Of a stretch of 64,000 bases of DNA, positions 1 to 8,139 are shown in pieces (position 1 is the first letter of the stretch; each line of letters starts with the position of its first letter). Made by a program: the position numbers and the translations under genes. Under the pieces are notes generated by a model. The model did no database searches and was not told the DNA's origin. It saw nothing but the letters and a program-made list of their open reading frames with translations. Source of the DNA: an uncultured Clostridia bacterium (GTDB lineage Bacteria; Bacillota; Clostridia; Christensenellales; CAG-917); NCBI GenBank assembly GCA_963542015.1, contig CAUTUX010000006.1, forward strand, positions 1,471 to 65,470, given 5' to 3'.

Positions 1-213
1 ACTACAATCTTGTGCCATATAACAAGATAGGGCGGGTAAACGAAGAAGACTAAGAAAGTGGAAAAAAACACGAAGTATTAGGTGCCTGTCGTAAATGCGA
101 TTGAAAGGATAATGAAATTAAAAAATATAAATAAATTTGTTTGATTAATAAAATTGTAATTGATAATATTATATCGATATTTATTTATCAATTAAAAAAA
201 CAGTGGAGAAAAT

Positions 214-2826
214 ATGGAAAGAGACTATGTAGTAAACAGTGAAGAAACTTTAAACAAGTTAGTTGATGAAGTCAGAGAGGCACAGAAGAAATTCTCAACC
301 TATACACAGGAACAGGTTGATAAAATCTTTTTTGAAGCTTCGATGGCTGCTAACAAAATGAGAATACCTCTTGCAAAAATGGCAGTAGAAGAAACAGGTA
401 TGGGTGTAGTTGAAGATAAAGTTATAAAAAACCACTACGCAGCAGAGTACATCTACAACAGATATAAGCACGAAAAGACTTGTGGAATTTTAGAAGAGGA
501 CAAGGCACACGGAATTAAAAAGATAGCCGAGCCTGTTGGAGTTATAGCTGCAGTTGTTCCAACAACCAACCCAACATCAACAGCAATATTTAAAGCGTTA
601 CTTGCTTTAAAGACAAGAAATGGTCTTGTATTTTCACCACATCCAAGAGCAAAGAAATGCACAATAGAAGCTGCAAAAATAGTTTTAAACGCAGCTATCA
701 AAGCAGGTGCACCAGAGAATATCATTGCATGGATTGATGAACCAAGTGTTGCACTGTCAGCACAATTAATGAAAGCATCAGATTTAATTTTGGCAACAGG
801 TGGCCCAGGAATGGTTAAATCAGCATATAGCTCTGGAAAACCAGCAGTTGGTGTTGGAGCAGGAAATACACCCGCCATATTCCATTCAACAGCAGATATT
901 AAATTGGCAGTTTCATCAGTACTTCATTCAAAGACATTTGATAACGGAATGATATGTGCTAGTGAACAGTCAGTAATTATTTTAAAAGACATATATAATG
1001 AAGTAAAAGAAGAGTTTAAATACAGAGGAGCATATTTCTTAACTCCTGCAGAGACAGAAAAAGTAAGAAAGACGATCATTATTAATGGAGCACTTAATGC
1101 CAAAATAGTTGGTCAAAAAGCATCTAAAATAGCTGAGTTGGCTGGATGCAAAGTACCAGAAGATGCAAAGGTATTGATCGGAGAAGTACAAAGCGTTGAC
1201 CTTGCAGAAGAGTTTGCACATGAAAAATTAAGCCCAGTACTTGCAATGTATAAAGCAACAAATTTTGAAGATGCTGTAAGTAAGGCAGAACAGCTAATTG
1301 CAGATGGCGGATATGGTCATACTTCTTCATTATTCATAAATAAAGATACTCAGAAAGAAGCAATTGAAATGTGGCAAAAGAGAATGAAAACATGTAGATG
1401 TGTAATAAATATGCCATCATCACAGGGCGGTATTGGAGACATTTATAATTTTAAATTAACACCTTCACTCACATTGGGATGCGGAACTTGGGGTGGAAAC
1501 TCAGTTTCAGAGAATGTAGGGGTAAAGCATCTTATTAATATTAAAACAGTAGTTGAAAGGAGAGAAAATATGTTGTGGTTTAGAGCACCAGAGAAAGTAT
1601 ATTTAAAGAAAGGATGTTTGCCAGTAGCACTTAGCGAACTAAAAAATTATTACAATAAAAAGAGAGCATTTGTTGTTACAGACCAATTTCTCTATCAGAA
1701 CGGGTACACAAAGGCAATTACAGATAAGCTTGAGGAAATGGGAATAGAACATACAACATATTTTGATGTAGCTCCAGATCCAACATTGGCATGTGCAATG
1801 GAAGGTGCAAAACAGATGGAGGCATTTAAACCAGATTGCATTATTGCAGTTGGTGGTGGTTCAGCAATGGATGCTGGTAAGATTATGTGGGTACTATATG
1901 AACATCCAGAAGTAAACTTCTTAGACCTCGCAATGACATTTATGGATATCAGAAAAAGAGTATATACATTCCCAAAAATGGGAGAGAAAGCATATTTTGT
2001 TGCAATTCCAACAACGGCAGGTACAGGTTCTGAAGTAACACCATTTGCCGTTATAACAGATGGTGAAAGTGGAGTTAAGTATCCATTGGCAGATTATGAA
2101 TTAATGCCAAATATGGCAATTGTAGATGCTGATATGATGATGAACGCACCTAAGGGACTTACATCAGCTTCAGGTATTGATGCAGTAACACACGCACTGG
2201 AAGCTTACGCATCAATGATGGCAACAGATTATACAGATGGTTTGGCAAAACAGGCATTGAAAATAATATTTGAATATTTACCTAGAGCATACAATGACGG
2301 ACCAAATGATGCTGAAGCAAGAGAAAAAATGGCGAATGCAGCATCTATGGCTGGTATGGCTTTCGCAAATGCGTTCCTTGGAGTTTGTCACTCAATGGCT
2401 CATAAACTTGGAGCATTCCACCACATTCCACATGGTATTGCTAATGCTTTAATGATAAATGAGGTTTTAAAATTCAATGCAAATGAAGTTCCTTCAAAGA
2501 TGGGAACATTCCCTCAGTATGATCACCCACATACTTTGGCAAGATACGCTGAAGTTGCAGAAAGCTTGGGATTAAAGGGCAAGACAGACGAAGAAAAATT
2601 TCAGTCTTTACTTAAGGCAATCGATAGTCTAAAATCAAAGATAGGAATAAAGAAAACTATCAAGGATTACGGAATATCAGAGGATACTTTCTTAGCCACA
2701 TTAGACGAGATGACAGTACAAGCATTTGACGACCAATGTACTGGAGCAAACCCAAGGTATCCATTAATGGAAGAAATCAAAAAAATGTATTTAACAGCTT
2801 ACTACGGTGAAGAGGTTAAAAAATAA
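214..2826 (+). CDS. adhE: Bifunctional acetaldehyde-CoA/alcohol dehydrogenase
   Basis: 870-aa ORF. The N-terminal half is aldehyde dehydrogenase-like. The C-terminal half is an iron-type alcohol dehydrogenase (GGGSAMDAGK, His-rich HSMAHKLGAFHHIPHG). An SD-like AGTGGAGA lies just upstream of the ATG. Confidence 0.95.
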   Translation: MERDYVVNSEETLNKLVDEVREAQKKFSTYTQEQVDKIFFEASMAANKMRIPLAKMAVEETGMGVVEDKVIKNHYAAEYIYNRYKHEKTCGILEEDKAHGIKKIAEPVGVIAAVVPTTNPTSTAIFKALLALKTRNGLVFSPHPRAKKCTIEAAKIVLNAAIKAGAPENIIAWIDEPSVALSAQLMKASDLILATGGPGMVKSAYSSGKPAVGVGAGNTPAIFHSTADIKLAVSSVLHSKTFDNGMICASEQSVIILKDIYNEVKEEFKYRGAYFLTPAETEKVRKTIIINGALNAKIVGQKASKIAELAGCKVPEDAKVLIGEVQSVDLAEEFAHEKLSPVLAMYKATNFEDAVSKAEQLIADGGYGHTSSLFINKDTQKEAIEMWQKRMKTCRCVINMPSSQGGIGDIYNFKLTPSLTLGCGTWGGNSVSENVGVKHLINIKTVVERRENMLWFRAPEKVYLKKGCLPVALSELKNYYNKKRAFVVTDQFLYQNGYTKAITDKLEEMGIEHTTYFDVAPDPTLACAMEGAKQMEAFKPDCIIAVGGGSAMDAGKIMWVLYEHPEVNFLDLAMTFMDIRKRVYTFPKMGEKAYFVAIPTTAGTGSEVTPFAVITDGESGVKYPLADYELMPNMAIVDADMMMNAPKGLTSASGIDAVTHALEAYASMMATDYTDGLAKQALKIIFEYLPRAYNDGPNDAEAREKMANAASMAGMAFANAFLGVCHSMAHKLGAFHHIPHGIANALMINEVLKFNANEVPSKMGTFPQYDHPHTLARYAEVAESLGLKGKTDEEKFQSLLKAIDSLKSKIGIKKTIKDYGISEDTFLATLDEMTVQAFDDQCTGANPRYPLMEEIKKMYLTAYYGEEVKK

Positions 2827-2835
2827 GGGGAAGGA

Positions 2836-3582
2836 ATGAAAGATATTATTTATTCAACAGATAACAAACAGGTTTATAAAGACGGTAAAGGTAACGCTAT
2901 AAAGCTTTTTTCAAAAAGCTTTAGCAAATCCGATGTATTAAACGAGGCTTTGAACCAGGCAAGAGTTGAAGAAGCAGGAGTATGTGTTGCACCAATAAAT
3001 GGGGTTTATCAGATTGATGGACAACTAGCCATAGAAATGAAATCCATTGAAGGAGAAGACTTAAAGTCCTTAATGGATAAGAATCCTGCAAATGTTGATA
3101 AATATCTTGAAGATTTTGTAAATTTGCAAATAGATATGCAAAAGCACACAGCTCCTAAACTTACTCAGTTAAGAGTAAAAATGGATATGAAAATTCAAGA
3201 AGCCAAAATTGACGACACAGTCAAGTATGAGCTTCAAACCAAGTTGCACAGCATGCCTAAACACAACAAGTTATGTCATGGAGATTTTAGACCAAGCAAT
3301 ATTATTTATGGAAAGGATGGTAAAAAATATATAATCGACTGGTCACATGCGACACAAGGGAATGCAAGTGCTGATGCTGCGAGAACATATCTTATATTTA
3401 AACTTGATAAAAAAGATGAGATAGCTGAGAAGTATTTGAAGTTGTTCTCATCAAAGACGAAAACACCTATTCAGTATATTAAAGACTGGTTACCAATTGT
3501 TGCAGCCTCACAGTCTGTAAAGGGTAAACCAGAAGAAAGAGATTTCTTACTCGGTTGGTTAAATATCGTAGATATAAATTAG
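2836..3582 (+). CDS. Phosphotransferase-family (APH/choline-kinase-like) small-molecule kinase
   Basis: 248 aa with the Brenner-type catalytic motif HGDFRPSNII followed by IDWSHA. The RBS GGGGAAGGA is present. It starts 9 nt after the adhE stop, so it is probably co-transcribed. Confidence 0.65.
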   Translation: MKDIIYSTDNKQVYKDGKGNAIKLFSKSFSKSDVLNEALNQARVEEAGVCVAPINGVYQIDGQLAIEMKSIEGEDLKSLMDKNPANVDKYLEDFVNLQIDMQKHTAPKLTQLRVKMDMKIQEAKIDDTVKYELQTKLHSMPKHNKLCHGDFRPSNIIYGKDGKKYIIDWSHATQGNASADAARTYLIFKLDKKDEIAEKYLKLFSSKTKTPIQYIKDWLPIVAASQSVKGKPEERDFLLGWLNIVDIN

Positions 3583-3716
3583 CCGATTAGAACAGCTATA
3601 ATATCTAGTAGCAGAGCATTTTGCCAATTTTGTTGAATTGACAGTTTAATGTGTTGTTGTTTCTCAATTAAAAGAGTAATAGGTAAGTTTTTCAAAAAAG
3701 TTAAACAAAAAATTGT

Positions 3717-3745
3717 TTGACAAGCAACGCTTAATATTTTAAACT
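3717..3745 (+). promoter_or_regulatory. Putative sigma-70 type promoter of the tRNA cluster (TTGACA-17 nt-TAAACT)
   Basis: Consensus -35 TTGACA at 3717-3722, exactly 17 nt of spacer, and TAAACT at 3740-3745. It sits about 18 nt upstream of the first tRNA, with an A-rich tract upstream. Confidence 0.55.
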
Positions 3746-3762
3746 GACTAGGCGTTGAATAT

Positions 3763-3837
3763 CGCGGGGTAGAGAAGTGGTATCTCGTCGGGCTCATAAC
3801 CCGGAGGTCGTTGGTTCAAATCCAGCCCCCGCAACCA
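3763..3837 (+). tRNA. Initiator tRNA-fMet (CAU)
   Basis: Cloverleaf starting CGCGGGG and ending CCCCGCAACCA, giving the C1-A72 mismatch. The anticodon stem has three G-C pairs (GGG/CCC) flanking CUCAUAA. Near-identical in layout to the E. coli initiator tRNA. Confidence 0.93.
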
Positions 3838-3856
3838 CAGGTCAAATTAAGTACTT

Positions 3857-3933
3857 GGCGGCGTAGCTTAGCTGGTTATAGCATCCGGTTCATACCCGGA
3901 AGGTCGTTGGTTCGAATCTGACCGCCGCTACCA
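3857..3933 (+). tRNA. Elongator tRNA-Met (CAU)
   Basis: Folds as a cloverleaf with anticodon loop UUCAUAC, T-loop TTCGAAT and an encoded CCA. The acceptor GGCGGCG resembles elongator Met rather than the lysidine Ile2 type. The T stem has two wobble pairs. Confidence 0.85.
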
Positions 3934-3940
3934 AAAAATT

Positions 3941-4015
3941 GGCTCCATGGTCAAGCGGTTAAGACATCGCCCCTTCACGGCGATAACTCGGGTTCGAGTC
4001 CCGATGGAGTCACCA
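3941..4015 (+). tRNA. tRNA-Glu (UUC)
   Basis: Starts GGCTCCATGGTCAAGCGGTTAAGAC. Anticodon stem TCGCC/GGCGA flanks loop CCUUCAC, T-loop is TTCGAGT, and CCA is encoded. Confidence 0.92.
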
Positions 4016-4019
4016 AAAT

Positions 4020-4096
4020 GGAGGCTTAGCTCAGTTGGTTAGAGCACTTGCCTTACAAGCAAGGGGTCATAGGTTCGAGTCCTATAGCCTCTACCA
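4020..4096 (+). tRNA. tRNA-Val (UAC)
   Basis: Starts GGAGGCTTAGCTCAGTTGGTTAGAGC. Anticodon stem CTTGC/GCAAG flanks loop CUUACAA, T-loop is TTCGAGT, and CCA is encoded. Confidence 0.93.
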
Positions 4097-4356
4097 GAAT
4101 GGTGATTTGCGTGTATTTTAAAGATATTTCATTAAAAAATGCTGCGCATTTCAAAACATTATTTAACATTTCGACTAATTTTCTGCGATTTATTTATTTT
4201 CTAGAATAGTACCAAAACATAGAATTGAATAAAGTGTAATTGTCTAAATTTCATAAAAAATTTTATTTATAACTAAGAATAAAAGTGGTTATTTTTTTGC
4301 ATATTAACATATCTGAATATACAATATATACAACTGAGAAAGGTGGAAAAACTACA

Positions 4357-6774
4357 ATGGATTTTAAACAAATTGAAAAAAAATGGCGTAAAAAATGGGA
4401 AGATACAAAGCTATATAAATTTGATATAAATAGTAAAAAACCAAAGTTTTATGCTTTAGAAATGTTCTCATATCCTTCTGGAGCAAAGTTGCACGCTGGT
4501 CACTGGTATAATTACGGACCAGCTGATTCATATGCAAGATTTAAAATGATGCAAGGATATAATGTTTTTCATCCAATGGGATTTGATGCATTCGGTTTGC
4601 CTGCTGAGAACTATGCAATTAAGACTGGGATACATCCACAAGATAGCACAAGAAAAAATATTGAAACAATGGAAGAGCAACTTAAAAAAATAGGGGCTAC
4701 ATATGATTGGGATTACGAGATAAAAACATGTGAACCAGATTACTACAAATGGACACAATGGATGTTCGTTCAGCTATATAAAAAAGGATTGGCATATAGA
4801 AAAGAAGCTCCAGTAAATTGGTGTACATCATGCAATACGGTGTTAGCAAATGAGCAAGTTCAGAATGGGGAATGTGAAAGATGTCATTCTATAGTTGAAA
4901 AAAGAAACCTCACTCAGTGGTTTTTTAGAATAACTGATTATGCAGAGGAACTTCTGAGAGATATTGATGCACTCGACTGGCCAGAGAAAACAAAAGCGAT
5001 GCAGAAATACTGGATAGGGAAAAGTGAGGGAGCAGAAGTTGATTTTAAAATTGAAAACAGCGATAAAAAGGTAACAGTATTCACAACTAGAGCAGACACA
5101 TTATTTGGAGTTACCTATGTAGTTTTGGCACCAGAAAACCCTATTGTCAAAGAAGTGACCACGAAAGAACATCAAAAGGAAGTAGATAAATATATAAAGA
5201 ACACTTTAAGAGTTTCAGAAATAGATAGAATGTCGGCAACACGAGAAAAGACAGGTGTCCTCACAGGCGGATATGCTATCAATCCAGTAAATGGAGACAG
5301 AGTTCCTATATTGGTCGCAGATTATGTAATAGGAACATATGGTACAGGAGCCGTAATGGGTGTTGCTGCTCATGATGATAGAGACTTTGATTTTGCAAAA
5401 AAATTAGGTCTTGAAATAAAGAGAGTCATTAAGAATCCAGAAACAAATGATGAGCTTCCATATTGTGAAGATGCAGGAATTTTATGCAATAGTGGAAAAT
5501 ATGATGGATTGAATACTTCATCAGCCAGAAGGGCAATAGTTAGTGATTTAGAAAAACAAGGAAGTGGAAGGCTCAAAATTAATTATCGATTGAGAGATTG
5601 GTTGGTATCTAGACAAAGATATTGGGGAGCTCCAATTCCTGTAATACACTGTGAACATTGTGGGGAAGTTTTAGTTGAAGAATCTGATCTACCAGTTCTT
5701 TTACCATATAATGTAAACTTCACTCCTGACGGAGAATCACCGCTGAAGAAGTGTGATGATTTTATGAATGTGAAGTGTCCTAAGTGCGGTAGAGATGCAA
5801 AAAGAGATCCAGACACATTAGATACCTTTGTATGTTCAAGTTGGTATTATCTCCGATATACTAGTAAAAATGATAAAGCCCCATTTGACACTAAGATAGT
5901 GGATAAGCTGTTGCCTGTTGATAAATATGTTGGTGGAGCAGAACATGCATGTATGCACTTGCTATATGCAAGGTTTTTCACGAAAGCATTGAGAGATATG
6001 GGCTATCTTCATTTTTCTGAACCATTTAAGTCATTGGTGCATCAGGGAATTATTTTGGGACCTGATGGTCAAAAGATGTCAAAATCAAGGGGAAATGTTG
6101 TGTCTCCAGATGATGCGATATCAAAGTATGGTTCTGATGTATTTAGGCTTTATCTTATGTTTGGATTTAATTATGTCGAGGGAGGTCCATGGAGTGAAAG
6201 TGGACTTGATGGGATAGCAAAGTTCCTTGAAAGAGTTGAAAGAATAGTAGAAAAGAGTAAAGAACATACTTATGAATCTGGGGATCTAACAAAAGAAGAA
6301 AAGCAACTGAACTACACTAGAAATAATACAATTAAAAGCGTAACAAATGACATGGAAAATTTCTCATTCAATACAGCAGTTGCGAGAATAATGGAATTAG
6401 TAAATGCATTATATTCATATGATTCATCGATACAAAAAAGGCATGTAATATTTAAAGACAGCATAAAAGATTTAATTTTATTATTAGCTCCATTTGCACC
6501 ACATAGAGCAGAAGAACTATGGGAGATGATAGGAGGCAAGTACTCAGTATTTAACCAGATTTTTCCAGTAACTGATGAAAAAGCACTTGTTAAAGATGAA
6601 ATAGAAATTGTTGTGCAGATCAACGCCAAAATTAGAGGAAAATTAACAGTTGAGCCTAATATGGATAAGGCAAAGCTTGAAAAACTAGCGATAGATCTTG
6701 TTAAAGATAAAATAGGTGGAGACATTAAAAAGGTAATTGTAGTTCCTAACAAATTGGTTAACATTATAATTTAG
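4357..6774 (+). CDS. leuS: Leucyl-tRNA synthetase
   Basis: Class I motifs are present (HAGHWYNY as HIGH-like, QKMSKSRGN as KMSKS), plus the Cys-rich zinc module and CP1 editing insert. The track start at 4285 is a GTG with no SD. The ATG at 4357 is preceded by GAGAAAGGTGGA and gives the canonical N-terminus [10 protein letters not shown]. Confidence 0.95.
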   Translation: MDFKQIEKKWRKKWEDTKLYKFDINSKKPKFYALEMFSYPSGAKLHAGHWYNYGPADSYARFKMMQGYNVFHPMGFDAFGLPAENYAIKTGIHPQDSTRKNIETMEEQLKKIGATYDWDYEIKTCEPDYYKWTQWMFVQLYKKGLAYRKEAPVNWCTSCNTVLANEQVQNGECERCHSIVEKRNLTQWFFRITDYAEELLRDIDALDWPEKTKAMQKYWIGKSEGAEVDFKIENSDKKVTVFTTRADTLFGVTYVVLAPENPIVKEVTTKEHQKEVDKYIKNTLRVSEIDRMSATREKTGVLTGGYAINPVNGDRVPILVADYVIGTYGTGAVMGVAAHDDRDFDFAKKLGLEIKRVIKNPETNDELPYCEDAGILCNSGKYDGLNTSSARRAIVSDLEKQGSGRLKINYRLRDWLVSRQRYWGAPIPVIHCEHCGEVLVEESDLPVLLPYNVNFTPDGESPLKKCDDFMNVKCPKCGRDAKRDPDTLDTFVCSSWYYLRYTSKNDKAPFDTKIVDKLLPVDKYVGGAEHACMHLLYARFFTKALRDMGYLHFSEPFKSLVHQGIILGPDGQKMSKSRGNVVSPDDAISKYGSDVFRLYLMFGFNYVEGGPWSESGLDGIAKFLERVERIVEKSKEHTYESGDLTKEEKQLNYTRNNTIKSVTNDMENFSFNTAVARIMELVNALYSYDSSIQKRHVIFKDSIKDLILLLAPFAPHRAEELWEMIGGKYSVFNQIFPVTDEKALVKDEIEIVVQINAKIRGKLTVEPNMDKAKLEKLAIDLVKDKIGGDIKKVIVVPNKLVNIII

Positions 6775-6783
6775 AGAGGAAAC

Positions 6784-8067
6784 ATGTTAGACATAGTACG
6801 AATAAGAAATAATAAAGAAGAAATAGAAAAACTTCTAAAGAACAAAGGCTTTGAAATAGATTTTTCTAAAGTTATTAAACTTGATGACAAGAGAAAAGAA
6901 ATAATTCAAGAAGTCGAAAAGCTCAAAGCATTAAGAAATAGTACATCAGCATCAATTCCTAAGCTGAAAAAAGAAGGGAAAGATGTTACACCTATATTTG
7001 AGGAGATGAGGCAGCTTGGGGATAAAATTGTGCAAGATGATGAAAAACTAAGCAAAGTACAAGAAGAAATCAATGCAATTTTATGTGTAATTCCAAACAT
7101 CCCAGACAGCGATTTAAAACCTGGAGAAAAAGAAAACAACGAAGTTATAAGGGTTGTTAATCCTAAGAGAGAATTTGATTTCAAAATACGAGACCATGTT
7201 GAACTTGCCACGATGCATCAGTTAATTGACTATGATAGGGGCGTTAAACTTTCAGGAAACGGATTTTGGATATATAGAGGAATGGGTGCCAGATTGGAAT
7301 GGGCATTATTAAATTTCTTTATAGAAGAACACATTAAGGATGGATATGAATTTATTCTTCCGCCACATCAGTTAAACTATGCTTGCGGATATGGAGCTGG
7401 GCAGTTTCCAAAGTTCGCTGAAGAAGTGTATTGGCTGGACTGTGCAACAGAGAGAGAAAAGAATAGATTTATGCTACCTACGGCTGAAACTGCACTTGTG
7501 AACATGTATTCAAATGAAATTATAGAAGAATCAAAATTACCATTTAAGCTCTTTGCTTATACCCCTTGCTATAGAAAAGAAGCTGGAAGTGCCAGAAAAG
7601 AAGAAAGAGGAATGATAAGAGGACATCAGTTTAACAAGATCGAGATGGTGCAAATAACAACCCCAGAGCAAAGCGATAAGGCATTTGAAGAACTTGTGAG
7701 AAAGGCAAGTGATCTTGTTGAAAAACTAGGGTTGCACTTCAGAGTTGCTAAATTAGCTGCTGGCGATTGCTCAGCATCTATGGCTAGGACATATGATATA
7801 GAATTATATATACCATCAATGGGCATATATAAGGAATGTAGCTCTGTAAGTAATGCGAGAGACTATCAGGCAAGAAGAAATAATACAAGATATAGGAATA
7901 GTGGAACAAAGAAACCTGACTTTGTGCACACGCTTAATGGATCTGGATTAGCTACATCGAGATTGATACCTGCAATACTTGAACAAAATCAAAACAAGGA
8001 TGGTAGTATTGTTGTACCTGAAGTATTAAGAAAATATCTTGGAGGAATTTCAGAAATTAAATTATAG
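6784..8067 (+). CDS. serS: Seryl-tRNA synthetase
   Basis: 427 aa with an N-terminal coiled-coil arm and a class II core (GMIRGHQFNKIEM, HTLNGSGLATSR). RBS GAGAGGA is present. Confidence 0.95.
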   Translation: MLDIVRIRNNKEEIEKLLKNKGFEIDFSKVIKLDDKRKEIIQEVEKLKALRNSTSASIPKLKKEGKDVTPIFEEMRQLGDKIVQDDEKLSKVQEEINAILCVIPNIPDSDLKPGEKENNEVIRVVNPKREFDFKIRDHVELATMHQLIDYDRGVKLSGNGFWIYRGMGARLEWALLNFFIEEHIKDGYEFILPPHQLNYACGYGAGQFPKFAEEVYWLDCATEREKNRFMLPTAETALVNMYSNEIIEESKLPFKLFAYTPCYRKEAGSARKEERGMIRGHQFNKIEMVQITTPEQSDKAFEELVRKASDLVEKLGLHFRVAKLAAGDCSASMARTYDIELYIPSMGIYKECSSVSNARDYQARRNNTRYRNSGTKKPDFVHTLNGSGLATSRLIPAILEQNQNKDGSIVVPEVLRKYLGGISEIKL

Positions 8068-8106
8068 AAGATAGGGTTTAAATTTGCGTTGATAGCACAA
8101 TAAAAA

Positions 8107-8130
8107 AAAGAGACCCCCAAGGGTCTCTTT
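8107..8130. terminator. Bidirectional rho-independent terminator between serS and the convergent lipoprotein gene
   Basis: Perfect hairpin AAAGAGACCC-CCAA-GGGTCTCTTT with an A-run on one side and a T-run on the other. Confidence 0.85.
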
Positions 8131-8139
8131 TAAGTTGTC

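Noticed and set aside
3579-3797. 72-aa minus-strand ORF overlapping the initiator tRNA
   Set aside because: It overlaps a clear tRNA gene and its promoter, and it has no RBS or motifs.
4097-4356. Possible T-box leader upstream of leuS (and of serS)
   Set aside because: I could not find the conserved T-box sequence (AAnnnGGGTGGTACCGCG-like) or a specifier/antiterminator arrangement. The region is simply AT-rich. serS starts 9 nt after leuS, so it has no leader at all.
4285-4356. N-terminal extensions implied by ORF-track starts (leuS 4285, ABC 12681, pgi 22031, degenerate ABC 23982, ruvC 27005, kinase 36516, lipoprotein 43400, dtxR-like 41544, chrA 61055)
   Set aside because: The extended starts are mostly GTG/TTG or lack an SD. 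An internal ATG or GTG preceded by a good SD gives the canonical N-terminus of each family.
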